Notes: a model not told the origin generated them from the sequence alone. A stretch of DNA of 64,000 nt from Myxococcota bacterium (GCA_039194325.1 JBCCWC010000002.1:96001-160000); one strand, 5' to 3'; positions 47,772 through 57,388 are shown, counted from the first letter of the stretch. Made by a program: numbers and translations.

Positions 47772-48577
47772 CAGTAAAGGCCCGAGCTCACCCACACGCA
47801 CTCGAGCAAGAGGGTCGGACCCAGCAGCAGGCGTATGCGGTTCCAGTAGCGCGGCAGATCGTCGGTGGGGATCGGCAATGCGGCGGCGGTCAGCGGCAGC
47901 ACGGCCAGCACGGGGTGGAAGAAGGTGGCCGCATAGGCGCCGCTTACGACCATCAGTCCCCGGGCCAGCCGCTGGGTGCGTGTCGAGCCCAGCACGACCG
48001 CCGTGGTGTGCACGCCCCGGCGCGCGTCGATGCAGCGATCGCGAAGCACCTGGATCGTCTCGAACACACCGGAGAAGAGCGCCAGCTGGCCCAGCAGCAA
48101 CCAGCCGGTCGGGTAGCCGGGGGGGACGGCCACGGCGGGCATGGCCAAGCCCCAGAGCATCATGGCGAGCACGTCGACGTAGGGGTGACGCTTGAGCCGG
48201 GCGGAGTAGAGCCAGCACACCCCCCCGCCCACCAATAGCGGCCACCACAGGCCTCCGCCCCAGACGAGCGCAAAGCCGGTCAGGGTGGCCGCCAGGCCCA
48301 GCTGCGCGCGCAGGGCCGCGTCGCGGTGGGTGGCGAGGAATCGGGTCTTGTCGCGATCGCGGGTCGAGGCCTCCAGATCGTCGTCGAGGTCGAACCAGTC
48401 GTTGTTGAGGTAGACCAGCAAGTTGAGCAGCAACCCGAAGCAGGCTCGGACGATAAGCTCTCCGGTCGGGAGCCGCAGGGCGAGCATGATGGCCACCGCT
48501 GCGGCCAGGTTGGCCATCTCGAGCCGCCGGAGCCGGTATCGTGCCACATCGAGGACGATCTCGAGTTCAGCGGGCAT
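47771..48577 (-). CDS. UbiA-family prenyltransferase
   Basis: YLNNDWFDLDDD, YS..LK, RD..D...GVHTTAVVLG motifs; multiple TM segments. Confidence 0.85.
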   Translation of the reverse strand: MPAELEIVLDVARYRLRRLEMANLAAAVAIMLALRLPTGELIVRACFGLLLNLLVYLNNDWFDLDDDLEASTRDRDKTRFLATHRDAALRAQLGLAATLTGFALVWGGGLWWPLLVGGGVCWLYSARLKRHPYVDVLAMMLWGLAMPAVAVPPGYPTGWLLLGQLALFSGVFETIQVLRDRCIDARRGVHTTAVVLGSTRTQRLARGLMVVSGAYAATFFHPVLAVLPLTAAALPIPTDDLPRYWNRIRLLLGPTLLLECVWVSSGLY

Positions 48578-48671
48578 CCGCGAGCCGATGCTCCCACATC
48601 GCCCCGCCGGGGGCCAGCGCGCGAGGTCTGATCCATTTGCGGGACCATACGGACTGTGATCTACTCGGAAC

Positions 48672-49346
48672 GTGGCTCGACGCCGGGTCTCAGATGCACT
48701 CGATGTGCCCCTTTATACGCCGGCCGAAGCGGCGCGGTACCTCGGCGTACCGGTTGCAACGGTGAGGTCTTGGGTCAAGGGGCGCCGATACCCTACGCGG
48801 GCAGGTCAGCGGAAATTCATACCCGTGGTGATGCCCGCAGATCCCTCGGGCGTGCTGTCGTTCCGTAACCTCGTCGAGATCCAGGTGCTTCGAGCTCTAC
48901 GGGCTACGCATGGGGTGAAGCTCGACAAAATCCGCCAAGCCATCGCGTTCATGCGCAAGACCCTGGAGGTCGAGCATCCGCTCGCGAGCTCGAGGATGCT
49001 GACCGATGGCAAGGATCTCTTCGTGAACTTCTTAGAGGTGATCATGCAAGCTGACGACGGTCAGCTCGTATTGAAGAGGGTCGTCGTCGAACATCTGGAG
49101 CGGGTCGAGTGGGAGGGCGACGAGCCGGTGCGCTTGTATCCCTTCCCGCGTCGTGGGCGGCAGTCGAAACGACGCGTCGTGCTCGACCCGCTCGTCCGAT
49201 GGGGGCGGCCCGTGCTGGCTGGGACTGCGATTCCTATCGATGACATCGCAGAACGTGCGGCTGCGGGCGAGTCGGTCTCGTCGATCGCGAAGGACTATGG
49301 CCGGTCGATCCCGGAGATCCGCAGCGCGCTCAGCTACACGGTCTGA
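48672..49346 (+). CDS. HTH + DUF433 antitoxin (VapB45-like)
   Basis: PLYTPAEAARYLGVPVATVRSW, LSFRNLVE, LDPLVRWGRPVL.GT.I, AGES..IAKDY. Confidence 0.85.
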   Translation: MARRRVSDALDVPLYTPAEAARYLGVPVATVRSWVKGRRYPTRAGQRKFIPVVMPADPSGVLSFRNLVEIQVLRALRATHGVKLDKIRQAIAFMRKTLEVEHPLASSRMLTDGKDLFVNFLEVIMQADDGQLVLKRVVVEHLERVEWEGDEPVRLYPFPRRGRQSKRRVVLDPLVRWGRPVLAGTAIPIDDIAERAAAGESVSSIAKDYGRSIPEIRSALSYTV

Positions 49347-49416
49347 AGACACCGTCTTTTACGAGGATGAGGACTGTCCGCCCGTACGTCGGGGTGCAAG
49401 ACGGAAGGATTCCTGA
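49340..49416 (+). pseudogene. Possible N-terminal remnant of a PIN-domain toxin
   Basis: VFYEDEDC directly after the antitoxin stop resembles the first PIN strand; the frame closes about 12 codons later. Confidence 0.35.
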
Positions 49417-49559
49417 ATCGCTATGCGCCCCGCTGCTCAGATCAGTTTGGCACCACCCGAACGGGCAACACGCGACAGGTGAAAATCCTAGATTTCATTC
49501 AGAGCCTATTGTCTTTCTAGAGCAAGCGAGCAGATCCGTTGGACAAACCGAGCCCTGGC

Positions 49560-51488
49560 TCACCGCTCGGGCGGCGGCGCCATGCGGCGGTACATGTTGC
49601 GGATCTCGAAATCCGCCGGGTGAGGGGCGGGCACGCGGATGAACCCGATCCGGTCGTGCTCGTCGATGAGCTCGCGCTCGATCTGGCAATTGGGTCCGCA
49701 GGCCAGGGTCTCCAGCCAGTGATAGCGCAGCACCACGTCGCCCTGGGGGTCGCTGCCGGTCACCAACAGGCGGTTGGTGCTGGCGGTCACCCGCCCGCGG
49801 CCTTCGGCCAGCAGGCTCACCGGCTCGCGGGCGCGATAGATCCGAAAATGCGAGATCTCGGTGACCTTCTCCAGCACGGGGCTTTGATCCCACCACGGGG
49901 AGTCACGGGCGCTGGTGGAGATGATGACCCAGCGGGCGGCGTAGGTCTGCAGGTAGCGTCGCAGAGCCTCGGGCGTGGTGATCCCCTGGGGGTGTCGACG
50001 AAAGAGGTTGGCCCAGCTGTGCTCCAGGTTTCGCCAGGTGAAGCCGCCCAGGATCTGCGCGTGGGTCTTCCAGCTCAGCTGCTCGCCGACGTGCCAGTTC
50101 TCCACCACGAAGCGGGCGGTGCCGTCGTCGTGGGCCCGCACCCAGGCGGCCAGATCGTCGTGGTGCCAGTCGCCATAGCTGAACTCGCCGTTCGGGCCGT
50201 AGCCGAGCATCGTGTACCAGATCCGCTGGCCGTCGAGCAGCTTGGCGGGCTTGGGCAGCGAGTGTCCGGTGAAGTACAGGATGTCGCGGCTGATGTGCTG
50301 GGCGGCGGGGACGAGCAGCACGAGGCACAGCGCTCGGGCGGGCCGTGACAGCCCAGACCACCAGCGCTCGCGGAACGACAGCTCCACCGCGGCGGCCAAG
50401 GGGATGATGGCCAAGAACCCGGTGGGTCCGATGTGACGGCGGGGCTGGATGTTGGCGAAGAACGTGTAGCCGCCCAGGTAGGTCAGCGCCAGCAGGAAGG
50501 CCAGGCCCAGGGCCAGCGGCCAGGCGCGGTCGTCACCGCGGCGGGCCAGTGCCCATAGGCCCGCGATCCCGCCGGCCACCAGGGTCAGCCGAATACCGGT
50601 GCGGTTGCCGATCACCCCCTGGGCGGCGGGGTCACCGAGCAACCCGAACAGATCCCACACCAGCGAGTCGAGGGTGGGATCGGCGAAGAACGAGGAGTCG
50701 AGGATGTAGTGCCAAAACGACAGGGCGTTGAGCAGCCAGTAGGCGTTGGCCAGCACGGTCACGCCGGCGATCGACCACACCACGGCGTGCTCGCGTCGGC
50801 TCAGCTCGCGTGCCCGCATAAGGTAGAGAGTGCCCATGGGCACGACGAGGATGAAGAAGGTGTAGGGGTGCACCAGGTGGGCCGCGGCCATGGTGATCGC
50901 GGCGAGCACGGCGTGGCGCCACCGTCGGTCCTGGATCCAGCGGTAGAAGGCGGCCAGGGGTAGCAGGAACAGGTAGCCGGCGAAGGCGTAGGCGACCATG
51001 CCCACAAACCACTCCCAGTGGTTCCACGAGTCGAAGTACCAATAGAGCACGCCCAAGGCTGCGGCCAGCAGCGAGGCGCGACGAGCCAGCCCAAACAGGC
51101 GCGCCGAGGCATAGACCACCGGGGCCACCAGCAGGTGAGCGAGCACGGTGAACAAGTTGAAGGCCAGGCCCTGGGGCACGCCCAGGGAGCTCAGCGCGTA
51201 GGTCCACAGCTCCCAGCCCTTGTTGTCGGCGTCGAAGATCGTGCCGTTGGGGTACCCTGCGAGGTGCTGGACGTCGTAGACCCAGGGGCGACCCCAGCCG
51301 CGCAGGCCCTCGAGCACCCGCCACACCTGGGAGATGTGCGTGTCGAAATCGAAGCCGGACGAGGGGGTGGAGGTCAGCAGCCGCTCGCCGCCGAAGTACC
51401 ACAAAAGGCCCGCCGGGCCGCCGAACACGAGCGCGACCGCGAGCACGGCTCGCCCCAGGCGACGGAGCGTATGGCCGGCGTTCGGCAC
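49560..51488 (-). CDS. Multi-pass membrane protein, GT-C-like (YfhO/PTPS-related type)
   Basis: GFDFDTH...W.YD...AGYP after TM1; about eleven TM segments; extracellular C-terminal domain. Confidence 0.7.
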   Translation of the reverse strand: MPNAGHTLRRLGRAVLAVALVFGGPAGLLWYFGGERLLTSTPSSGFDFDTHISQVWRVLEGLRGWGRPWVYDVQHLAGYPNGTIFDADNKGWELWTYALSSLGVPQGLAFNLFTVLAHLLVAPVVYASARLFGLARRASLLAAALGVLYWYFDSWNHWEWFVGMVAYAFAGYLFLLPLAAFYRWIQDRRWRHAVLAAITMAAAHLVHPYTFFILVVPMGTLYLMRARELSRREHAVVWSIAGVTVLANAYWLLNALSFWHYILDSSFFADPTLDSLVWDLFGLLGDPAAQGVIGNRTGIRLTLVAGGIAGLWALARRGDDRAWPLALGLAFLLALTYLGGYTFFANIQPRRHIGPTGFLAIIPLAAAVELSFRERWWSGLSRPARALCLVLLVPAAQHISRDILYFTGHSLPKPAKLLDGQRIWYTMLGYGPNGEFSYGDWHHDDLAAWVRAHDDGTARFVVENWHVGEQLSWKTHAQILGGFTWRNLEHSWANLFRRHPQGITTPEALRRYLQTYAARWVIISTSARDSPWWDQSPVLEKVTEISHFRIYRAREPVSLLAEGRGRVTASTNRLLVTGSDPQGDVVLRYHWLETLACGPNCQIERELIDEHDRIGFIRVPAPHPADFEIRNMYRRMAPPPER

Positions 51489-51600
51489 GGGGCCGAGGCT
51501 ACACCTGCGCCCGAATGTTCGGCCACGCGCTCAGGTGGGTCGAGGCTGGATCGAGGTCGGACCGAGGCTCCGGTGGATGTCCGGTGGATGTTTGGCCGAC

Positions 51601-52365
51601 TTAGGGGACGCCAGCGATGGTGGCGTGGTTGCGGATGAAGTCGTAGGCCTCGCGAGCGCTCTCGGTGTCGTCCAGCCCGCCCACGCCGCCGTGGGTGGTG
51701 TTGGCCATGAGCTTGATCTCCGAGCGATCGGCGTCGACGTTGGGGTTGGGCTGCGTGAAGTTGATGCGGATGAAGCCCTTTTGCGCCATCGTACGGTCGC
51801 CGGCGACCACGTGGGCGAAGTACTTGACGGTGTCGATGTCCTCGGCCCAGTCGCGGTCGACGGGGGACGCGGCCTGGATCATGGCCACCGAATCGAACAA
51901 GCCCACGTACTTGATCGGGGGGAGCTCGCCGTCCTTGATCACGTTGTTCAGGGTGCGGAAGCGCCGACCTCGCTGGGTCTGGTAGGGATCTCGGCGAGAG
52001 TTGGTCTCGCGCAGGGACGTCAGCCCCTCGGTGAGCTCGCTGATGATCGCCGCGCCGCGGCTCCAGCCCACCATCACGATCTCCTCGCAATTGCCGCTGT
52101 TGACCTCGCGCTCGATCGCGCGCAGCACGCTGAAGTAGAGCTGGTACGAGTCATTGCCGGTGGCTCCGAGCATGGTGTCGCCGTCGCCGCCAGGGCCCGC
52201 AAAGTAGAACTTCTTATTGTCGGTATACGCACACTCCTCGTAGAAGCGGCGGGTGTTGGAGCGACCCGACTCCAGCGTGCCCACCGGGCGCCCCGAGACG
52301 TCCTCTCCGAGGGCTTCGGCGTTGAAATTTAGCGACCAGGTACCGTCAACGGCAAACAGACACAT
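51601..52365 (-). CDS. DUF2235/Tle1-like alpha/beta hydrolase, copy 2
   Basis: VDGTW, GWSRGA, GLFDSV, THGGVGG; GGAGG upstream. Confidence 0.8.
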   Translation of the reverse strand: MCLFAVDGTWSLNFNAEALGEDVSGRPVGTLESGRSNTRRFYEECAYTDNKKFYFAGPGGDGDTMLGATGNDSYQLYFSVLRAIEREVNSGNCEEIVMVGWSRGAAIISELTEGLTSLRETNSRRDPYQTQRGRRFRTLNNVIKDGELPPIKYVGLFDSVAMIQAASPVDRDWAEDIDTVKYFAHVVAGDRTMAQKGFIRINFTQPNPNVDADRSEIKLMANTTHGGVGGLDDTESAREAYDFIRNHATIAGVP

Positions 52366-52484
52366 CGGGCGTAGCGACCTCCGCGTCGAACCACGCAGCT
52401 CGAACGGCTTTCTTCACAGGAATTGGACGTCGGCGTGGACCGTCATCGGGGACGGCGAGTCCAAGATCGGCACGCGTGGGCGGC

Positions 52485-53153
52485 TCAGAGGACGCCGGCG
52501 ATGGTCGCGTGGTTGCGAATGTAGTCGTACGAGGTCTGGGCGTGCGCGGTGCTGTCGTCGCCGCCCACGCCGCCGTGGGTGGCGTTGGCGAGGTGGAAGA
52601 CCTCTTGACGTCCGGCCTTGATGAGTGGATCGGCGGCTCGGAAGTCCACGCCCCACACGGGACCCGTGCGATCGCCGGCGACCACGTGGGCGAAGTACTG
52701 GACATTGGAGGTGATGTCCTCACCCCACCGGCGGTCGACCGGCGAGCTGCGCCAGATCATGGCGACCGAGTCGAACAGGCCCACGAACTTGATCGGCGGG
52801 ACCGCGCCCTCCTTGCGAGCCGCGAGCCCCTCGGCGACCTCGCTGATGATCGCCGCGCCGCGGCTCCAGCCCACGAAGGCGAGCTCGTCGCAGTTCTTCT
52901 TCTTGATCTGCTCGTCGATGCACTTGACGACGTTCCGGTAGATCCGGGGGGAGTCGTTCCCCGACATCCCGTAGCCCGGCCCGACGAAGTAGAACTTCTT
53001 GGTGTCAGGATAGGCGCTCTCCTCATAGAACCGGCGCGCATTGGAGCGGATGTCCTCGCTCTTCTTGCCGATCGGGCGACCTACGTAGTCCTTCCCTTTG
53101 TTTTTGTTGTTGAAATTGAACGACCAGGTTCCATCCACGACAATCAGGCACAT
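52485..53153 (-). CDS. DUF2235/Tle1-like alpha/beta hydrolase, copy 1
   Basis: VDGTW, GWSRGA, GLFDSV, THGGVGG; start ATG 53153 by alignment to the paralog. Confidence 0.8.
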   Translation of the reverse strand: MCLIVVDGTWSFNFNNKNKGKDYVGRPIGKKSEDIRSNARRFYEESAYPDTKKFYFVGPGYGMSGNDSPRIYRNVVKCIDEQIKKKNCDELAFVGWSRGAAIISEVAEGLAARKEGAVPPIKFVGLFDSVAMIWRSSPVDRRWGEDITSNVQYFAHVVAGDRTGPVWGVDFRAADPLIKAGRQEVFHLANATHGGVGGDDSTAHAQTSYDYIRNHATIAGVL

Positions 53154-53385
53154 TGGGCGGGGGTTCCTCCGCTCCCAACCACGCGGACGCAATCTGATTT
53201 CTTCACGGCATTGTGCACCGGTTGAACGAGAAAACTGGTTGCAGAGCCGGTGCGCGGAATCGTGGCCCGATCGAGTACACCCCTCGCTGCATTGGTGAGT
53301 CGAGGTGCCGTTTTTTCGGGGCATATCGCCCCGGCGGTGGGGGGGTTTTGGTACCGGTGGCCCGTGGCCGGTGCGGTCGCCGAGC

Positions 53386-54576
53386 TCAGTGCAGGTGCTT
53401 GCTGACCTCGAAGGTCTCGCTGCCGTATCCTTGCGAGAGTAGACGGCGCACCCAGGGGCGGCGGTACCAGCCTCGCTCCACCAGTGGAACCATGGCGTGC
53501 TGGATCCCACAGCGGGTGAGGGCAGTCAGCCCCAGGTTGGCGATGCACTTGAGGCGATAACGAAGCGCGACCCGCTCGTCGATTCCTCGGCCCCTGTCTT
53601 TGCCCCAACCCCAGCCCTGGCCCCGGCCGGTGAGGGCCCGCACCGCCGTTCGGGCGGCGAGCGTCCCGCTGTGCAGCGCCTGGTAGATCCCCTCGCCCGA
53701 GAGCGGATCGATCGCCCACGCTGCGTCGCCGCAGGTCAGCAGGCCGGGGCCGGCGGGAGGCCAGGGGCGGGTCATGATGGGTAGTGCCCAGGTGCGGAGG
53801 CGGCCGTGCGCGGTCGATGACGCCAGCCGCTCGGGGTGGGCGGCCACGAAGCGCTGGAGCAACTCGGGGAGCGTATGGCGGTGGGCGCCGAAGTGGTCGG
53901 CCCGCTGGTATACGCCGATGTTGGACAGGCCCTCCACGGCGGGGAAGATCCAGCCGTAGCCGCACGGCAGATCCGGCTCGAAGTAGTGCTCGTTGGTGGC
54001 CGTATCGGAGCCGAAGTCGACGTTGCGATGGTAGGCGGTGATCGCCACGGCCAGCTGGGGCCCGCGGCGGTAGGGGATCCCACACGCAGTCCAAGCCAGC
54101 GAGCCCGGGCCGTCGGCGGCGATCACCGCCTGGGCGTGCACGGTCAGCCCGTCGGCCTCGGCGCCCGTGGTGCGCCCGTGGTGCGTGGTGAGGCGTCGGA
54201 CCTTGATCCCTTGGCGTAGGTGCGCGCCCGCGTGCTCGAGGGCGGCGCGGAGCAGGTCGTCGAGGTGGAGCCGAGGGACGATGAAGCCCGGGGCGTCGTC
54301 AAAGCGGTGGACCACCCGGCTGCCGTCGGGGAACACGGCGGCCCCGGCTCGGACCTCGGCGTGGGGGATCCGGCGCAGCGCCTCGGGTTGCCCCGTGAGC
54401 TCGTCGATGATGGCCGATGCTCGGTTGGAGACCGCGTCACCGCAGGTCTTGGGGCGCGGGAAGGTGGCGCGATCGAGCACGAGCACGCGCAGGCCCGCTC
54501 GGGCGGCGATGATCCCCGCGGCGCAGCCGGCCGGGCCCGCGCCGACCACGAGCAGATCGCAGCGCTCGTGGCTCAC
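53386..54576 (-). CDS. Geranylgeranyl reductase-family FAD oxidoreductase
   Basis: VVGAGPAG, FPRPKTCGD, IAADG, GYGWIFP, GDAA..IDPLSGEGI; GTGA overlap with the upstream gene. Confidence 0.9.
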   Translation of the reverse strand: MSHERCDLLVVGAGPAGCAAGIIAARAGLRVLVLDRATFPRPKTCGDAVSNRASAIIDELTGQPEALRRIPHAEVRAGAAVFPDGSRVVHRFDDAPGFIVPRLHLDDLLRAALEHAGAHLRQGIKVRRLTTHHGRTTGAEADGLTVHAQAVIAADGPGSLAWTACGIPYRRGPQLAVAITAYHRNVDFGSDTATNEHYFEPDLPCGYGWIFPAVEGLSNIGVYQRADHFGAHRHTLPELLQRFVAAHPERLASSTAHGRLRTWALPIMTRPWPPAGPGLLTCGDAAWAIDPLSGEGIYQALHSGTLAARTAVRALTGRGQGWGWGKDRGRGIDERVALRYRLKCIANLGLTALTRCGIQHAMVPLVERGWYRRPWVRRLLSQGYGSETFEVSKHLH

Positions 54577-56177
54577 GGCTGCTCGCCGGGGAGGAGATCG
54601 GTCGGGGTGCTGCGGTAGATGAAGGTCCCCAGCTCGGTGGTGAAGGACCACTGCGGGGTGCCGGAGGTGCGCTCGTCGATCTCGCGGACTCGGGCGTAGG
54701 AGACGTCGAAGCCGTCGTCCATGTCGATCGACGAGTCGGTGACCAGGATGCTGCCGTCGGGGAGACGATCAGCGTCGCCGGCGATCGGGGCCATGAAATC
54801 CTCAGCGTCGTCGGCCCATACCTGGGTGACGGTCATGGCCTCGGTGTCCACCGCGTAGCGCACGGCGCGGGAGGTCTCGAAGGTGTCGGGCAGCGTGGGG
54901 TTGCCCCGACCGTTGTCGTAGAGCAGCAGCGTGCCGTCGTCCTGCCACTGCGGGGAGTGCTGGTGAAAGGGCCACAGGCCCGCAGTGAGGGTGAAGTCGC
55001 CCTCGTCGCCCAGGCGCCACAGCACGTCGCCCGTGGCCCGGTCGATCTGGACGAGCCAGTCCTGGTGGCGCAGGCAGATGAGGACCGTATCGTCGTCGGG
55101 GTCGTAGAGCAGGGCGTTGCCGTGGGTCCAGTCGCTGGCGAAGGTCATCGTCTGGGGATCGAAGACCGGCTCGTCGAAGTCGGCGCGGCGGCGCTGGGGG
55201 TCGAGGTGATCGAAGGCATCCCACTCCCACACGACGTCGCCGTCGGGGGTGATCTCTACGATCAGATCTCCCGCCACGTAGGTCGTGCCCAGGTCGGGGT
55301 ACTCGATGTCGCGGAAGCTGTAGCTCAGGGCGAGGAAGTTGCCGTTGGGGAGCTCGATGACTTCGTGGTGCAAGCCGGGCAGGCTGAGGTCTTGGGAGCT
55401 GAGGTTGACTTGCTCGACGCCCATCTCGTCGATGACGAAGATCGAGAAGTTGCGCAGGTAGAGCAGGGTGCCGTCGGGGCGCAGCTTGGCGCCGGCGAAC
55501 ACGGCGCCCGGGCCGATCACTCCGTCGCTGCGCTCCATGTACCAGCGGGTGATCCCCTGGGTGTCGACCACGAAGAGCGACGAGGGACTGTCGGGGGTCA
55601 AGCCCAGCAGATCGAAGAGCACGAATCCGCCATAGCCGGCGCCGCTGCCCCCGATCTCGAACGAGGGGATGAAGCCGGGCAGGGGGGTTTCGGTGGTGAT
55701 GAGCAGGTCGCCTTCGTCGGTGCGGGCTTGCTCGTCGGTCACCGACCAGTTGACGATGTGGCCAGTCGCGGGGGAGAGCCCCCGGACGCGGACCCAGGTC
55801 TGGTCGGGGAGGCCGGGGATCGGGCCGGTGCGGATCCCGGGGTCGGTGCTGTGATCGATGACGACCTCGAGGTTGGGGGCAGAGAAGCCCAGGTCGACCA
55901 CCATCGGCTGGTTGGGATAGGTGTAGACCTCGACGTCGACCTCTAGCGGAGGCAGGGGCTCGCCGGTGGTGCTGCTGCCCTCGCTGGTGGAGTCGGGGTC
56001 GGGGGGAGTGGGGACCGCGGTGGTGGAGCTGTCGGCCGGGGGCGGCGGCGTGCCGCTCGAGCTGCTGTCCATCATCATGGGCGGCGAGGAGTCGTCGCCG
56101 CAGCCGAGCGCGAGGAGCAGCGTTGTCAGGCCGCGGCGAGCGCGGGCCGAGCATCCGAGGTCGAGCCAGGAGTCCAC
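54573..56177 (-). CDS. Arylsulfotransferase (ASST)-family lipoprotein
   Basis: ALGC lipobox; LHHEVIELPNGN, VVWEW, DWTHGNA, HQHSP, YDNG. Confidence 0.85.
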   Translation of the reverse strand: MDSWLDLGCSARARRGLTTLLLALGCGDDSSPPMMMDSSSSGTPPPPADSSTTAVPTPPDPDSTSEGSSTTGEPLPPLEVDVEVYTYPNQPMVVDLGFSAPNLEVVIDHSTDPGIRTGPIPGLPDQTWVRVRGLSPATGHIVNWSVTDEQARTDEGDLLITTETPLPGFIPSFEIGGSGAGYGGFVLFDLLGLTPDSPSSLFVVDTQGITRWYMERSDGVIGPGAVFAGAKLRPDGTLLYLRNFSIFVIDEMGVEQVNLSSQDLSLPGLHHEVIELPNGNFLALSYSFRDIEYPDLGTTYVAGDLIVEITPDGDVVWEWDAFDHLDPQRRRADFDEPVFDPQTMTFASDWTHGNALLYDPDDDTVLICLRHQDWLVQIDRATGDVLWRLGDEGDFTLTAGLWPFHQHSPQWQDDGTLLLYDNGRGNPTLPDTFETSRAVRYAVDTEAMTVTQVWADDAEDFMAPIAGDADRLPDGSILVTDSSIDMDDGFDVSYARVREIDERTSGTPQWSFTTELGTFIYRSTPTDLLPGEQP

Positions 56178-56247
56178 GACCGGACTCTACCCGCTGCGAC
56201 CCGGCCGGGGCGAGCCCGACCGGGGTGCGGTGGACCACGGGGGGCGC

Positions 56248-56880
56248 CTAGCGCTTGCCTGGGTCGTCAGCCTCGTTGGATCGATCGTCATCATCGAGGT
56301 CGTCGTCGAGTTCATCGGACGGTTTCAACACTGCCCGTAGAATGCTCCCTCCCACGCCTAATCCCGCGCTTGCAACGAACAGACCGATACCCAGGGTGAT
56401 GTTGCCGACGAGAATGCACGCCACCGCGACGGAGGCGGTGAGGCAAGCGCCAACGACCATCCCTACGACTCTTGCTCGATGCTCGAATGCAAGGCTCCTG
56501 TCTGCTCGATCTTCGCGGCGCAGAGCAAGCGCGCGAAGTTGGCGGCTGTCCGCGATCTGCTCGCGCCGCCGGAATTGCTGCTCATCCTGGACCATGCTCA
56601 GCACGAGGTCGTGCACTTTGGGATCGTGCTCATGGTAAGCACGGAGCATCTGTGGAAGCGGCAGTGGGCTGAGAGAGAGGCCGCTTTGTTGGTGTCCTGA
56701 ATGGACGACGACCTCCGTGAGCTTCGCCGCGAGAGAGTCGACGGCCTCGGGTGACGTCCCTACTTCCGCGAGAGCTCGGTCGGGGCCGCCTTCGGATCCA
56801 TCCGTCAAGCGAGCGACGTCGGTTGGCGTCTGCGTTTTGGCGAGTGCGTGACTGGGATCGCTCGCGGGTTCATCCGTCAC
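56248..56880 (-). CDS. DUF2335-like membrane protein
   Basis: SPLPLPQMLRAY...P...LSMVQDEQQFRR followed by two TM segments. Confidence 0.7.
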   Translation of the reverse strand: MTDEPASDPSHALAKTQTPTDVARLTDGSEGGPDRALAEVGTSPEAVDSLAAKLTEVVVHSGHQQSGLSLSPLPLPQMLRAYHEHDPKVHDLVLSMVQDEQQFRRREQIADSRQLRALALRREDRADRSLAFEHRARVVGMVVGACLTASVAVACILVGNITLGIGLFVASAGLGVGGSILRAVLKPSDELDDDLDDDDRSNEADDPGKR

Positions 56881-57095
56881 GCAAGCGACCTCCGATCTAC
56901 ACGCATGACGGCTCTTCGAGCGTCAGCGTCTAGCCTCCGGAGGTCCCGGTCCAACGACTCGAGAGGCGTAGGTTGGCGTCTCGACTTGCTAGACGAACGA
57001 CGAGGAGGGTACTGAAGCCGAGTGTCTGCGAGTCCCAGACTCATGCCCGCGAGGAGGCCATTGAGGAACGCGGCGATGGCGTCTCGTCCAGACAC
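56877..57095 (-). CDS. Small hypothetical protein coupled to the DUF2335-like gene
   Basis: 72 aa; GTGA overlap with the downstream start. Confidence 0.6.
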   Translation of the reverse strand: MSGRDAIAAFLNGLLAGMSLGLADTRLQYPPRRSSSKSRRQPTPLESLDRDLRRLDADARRAVMRVDRRSLA

Positions 57096-57284
57096 ATGGG
57101 TAGTGTGAAACTTGTCCGCGATACAGCCAACTCGGTGGGAATCCCAGCCGAAGGACGGGCTTGAGCGGGGATGAGTAGGCGAATACTGGCAGGCTCTAAC
57201 TTGGCGAGGATTGCGCGCCAGGAGAGGCGCGGAAATAGCGCACTGGTCTGCCGGCTACGTGGTGCTGGCAATTGTTTGCGGCAA

Positions 57285-57388
57285 CGGCCGCTCATCGCGC
57301 AGCAATGCCTTGTGCAGGCGTGCTCGTGCTCGATGGCGCGAGCGCGGGCCTCGATCCCGTCGTAGATGACCTGAAGGCGGGTGGTCAC
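57285..57388 (-). pseudogene. Truncated start of a probable YkgJ-like Cys-cluster gene
   Basis: GTG overlapping the upstream TGA; TTRLQVIYDGIEARARAIEHEH in GC3-rich codons, then CxxxCC and loss of coding character. End approximate. Confidence 0.4.

Noticed and set aside
47771..48577. Decaprenyl-phosphate phosphoribosyltransferase (DPPR synthase) call
   Set aside because: The second D..D...G..T motif fits diphosphate-using prenyltransferases better, and no DprE1/DprE2-like genes are adjacent.
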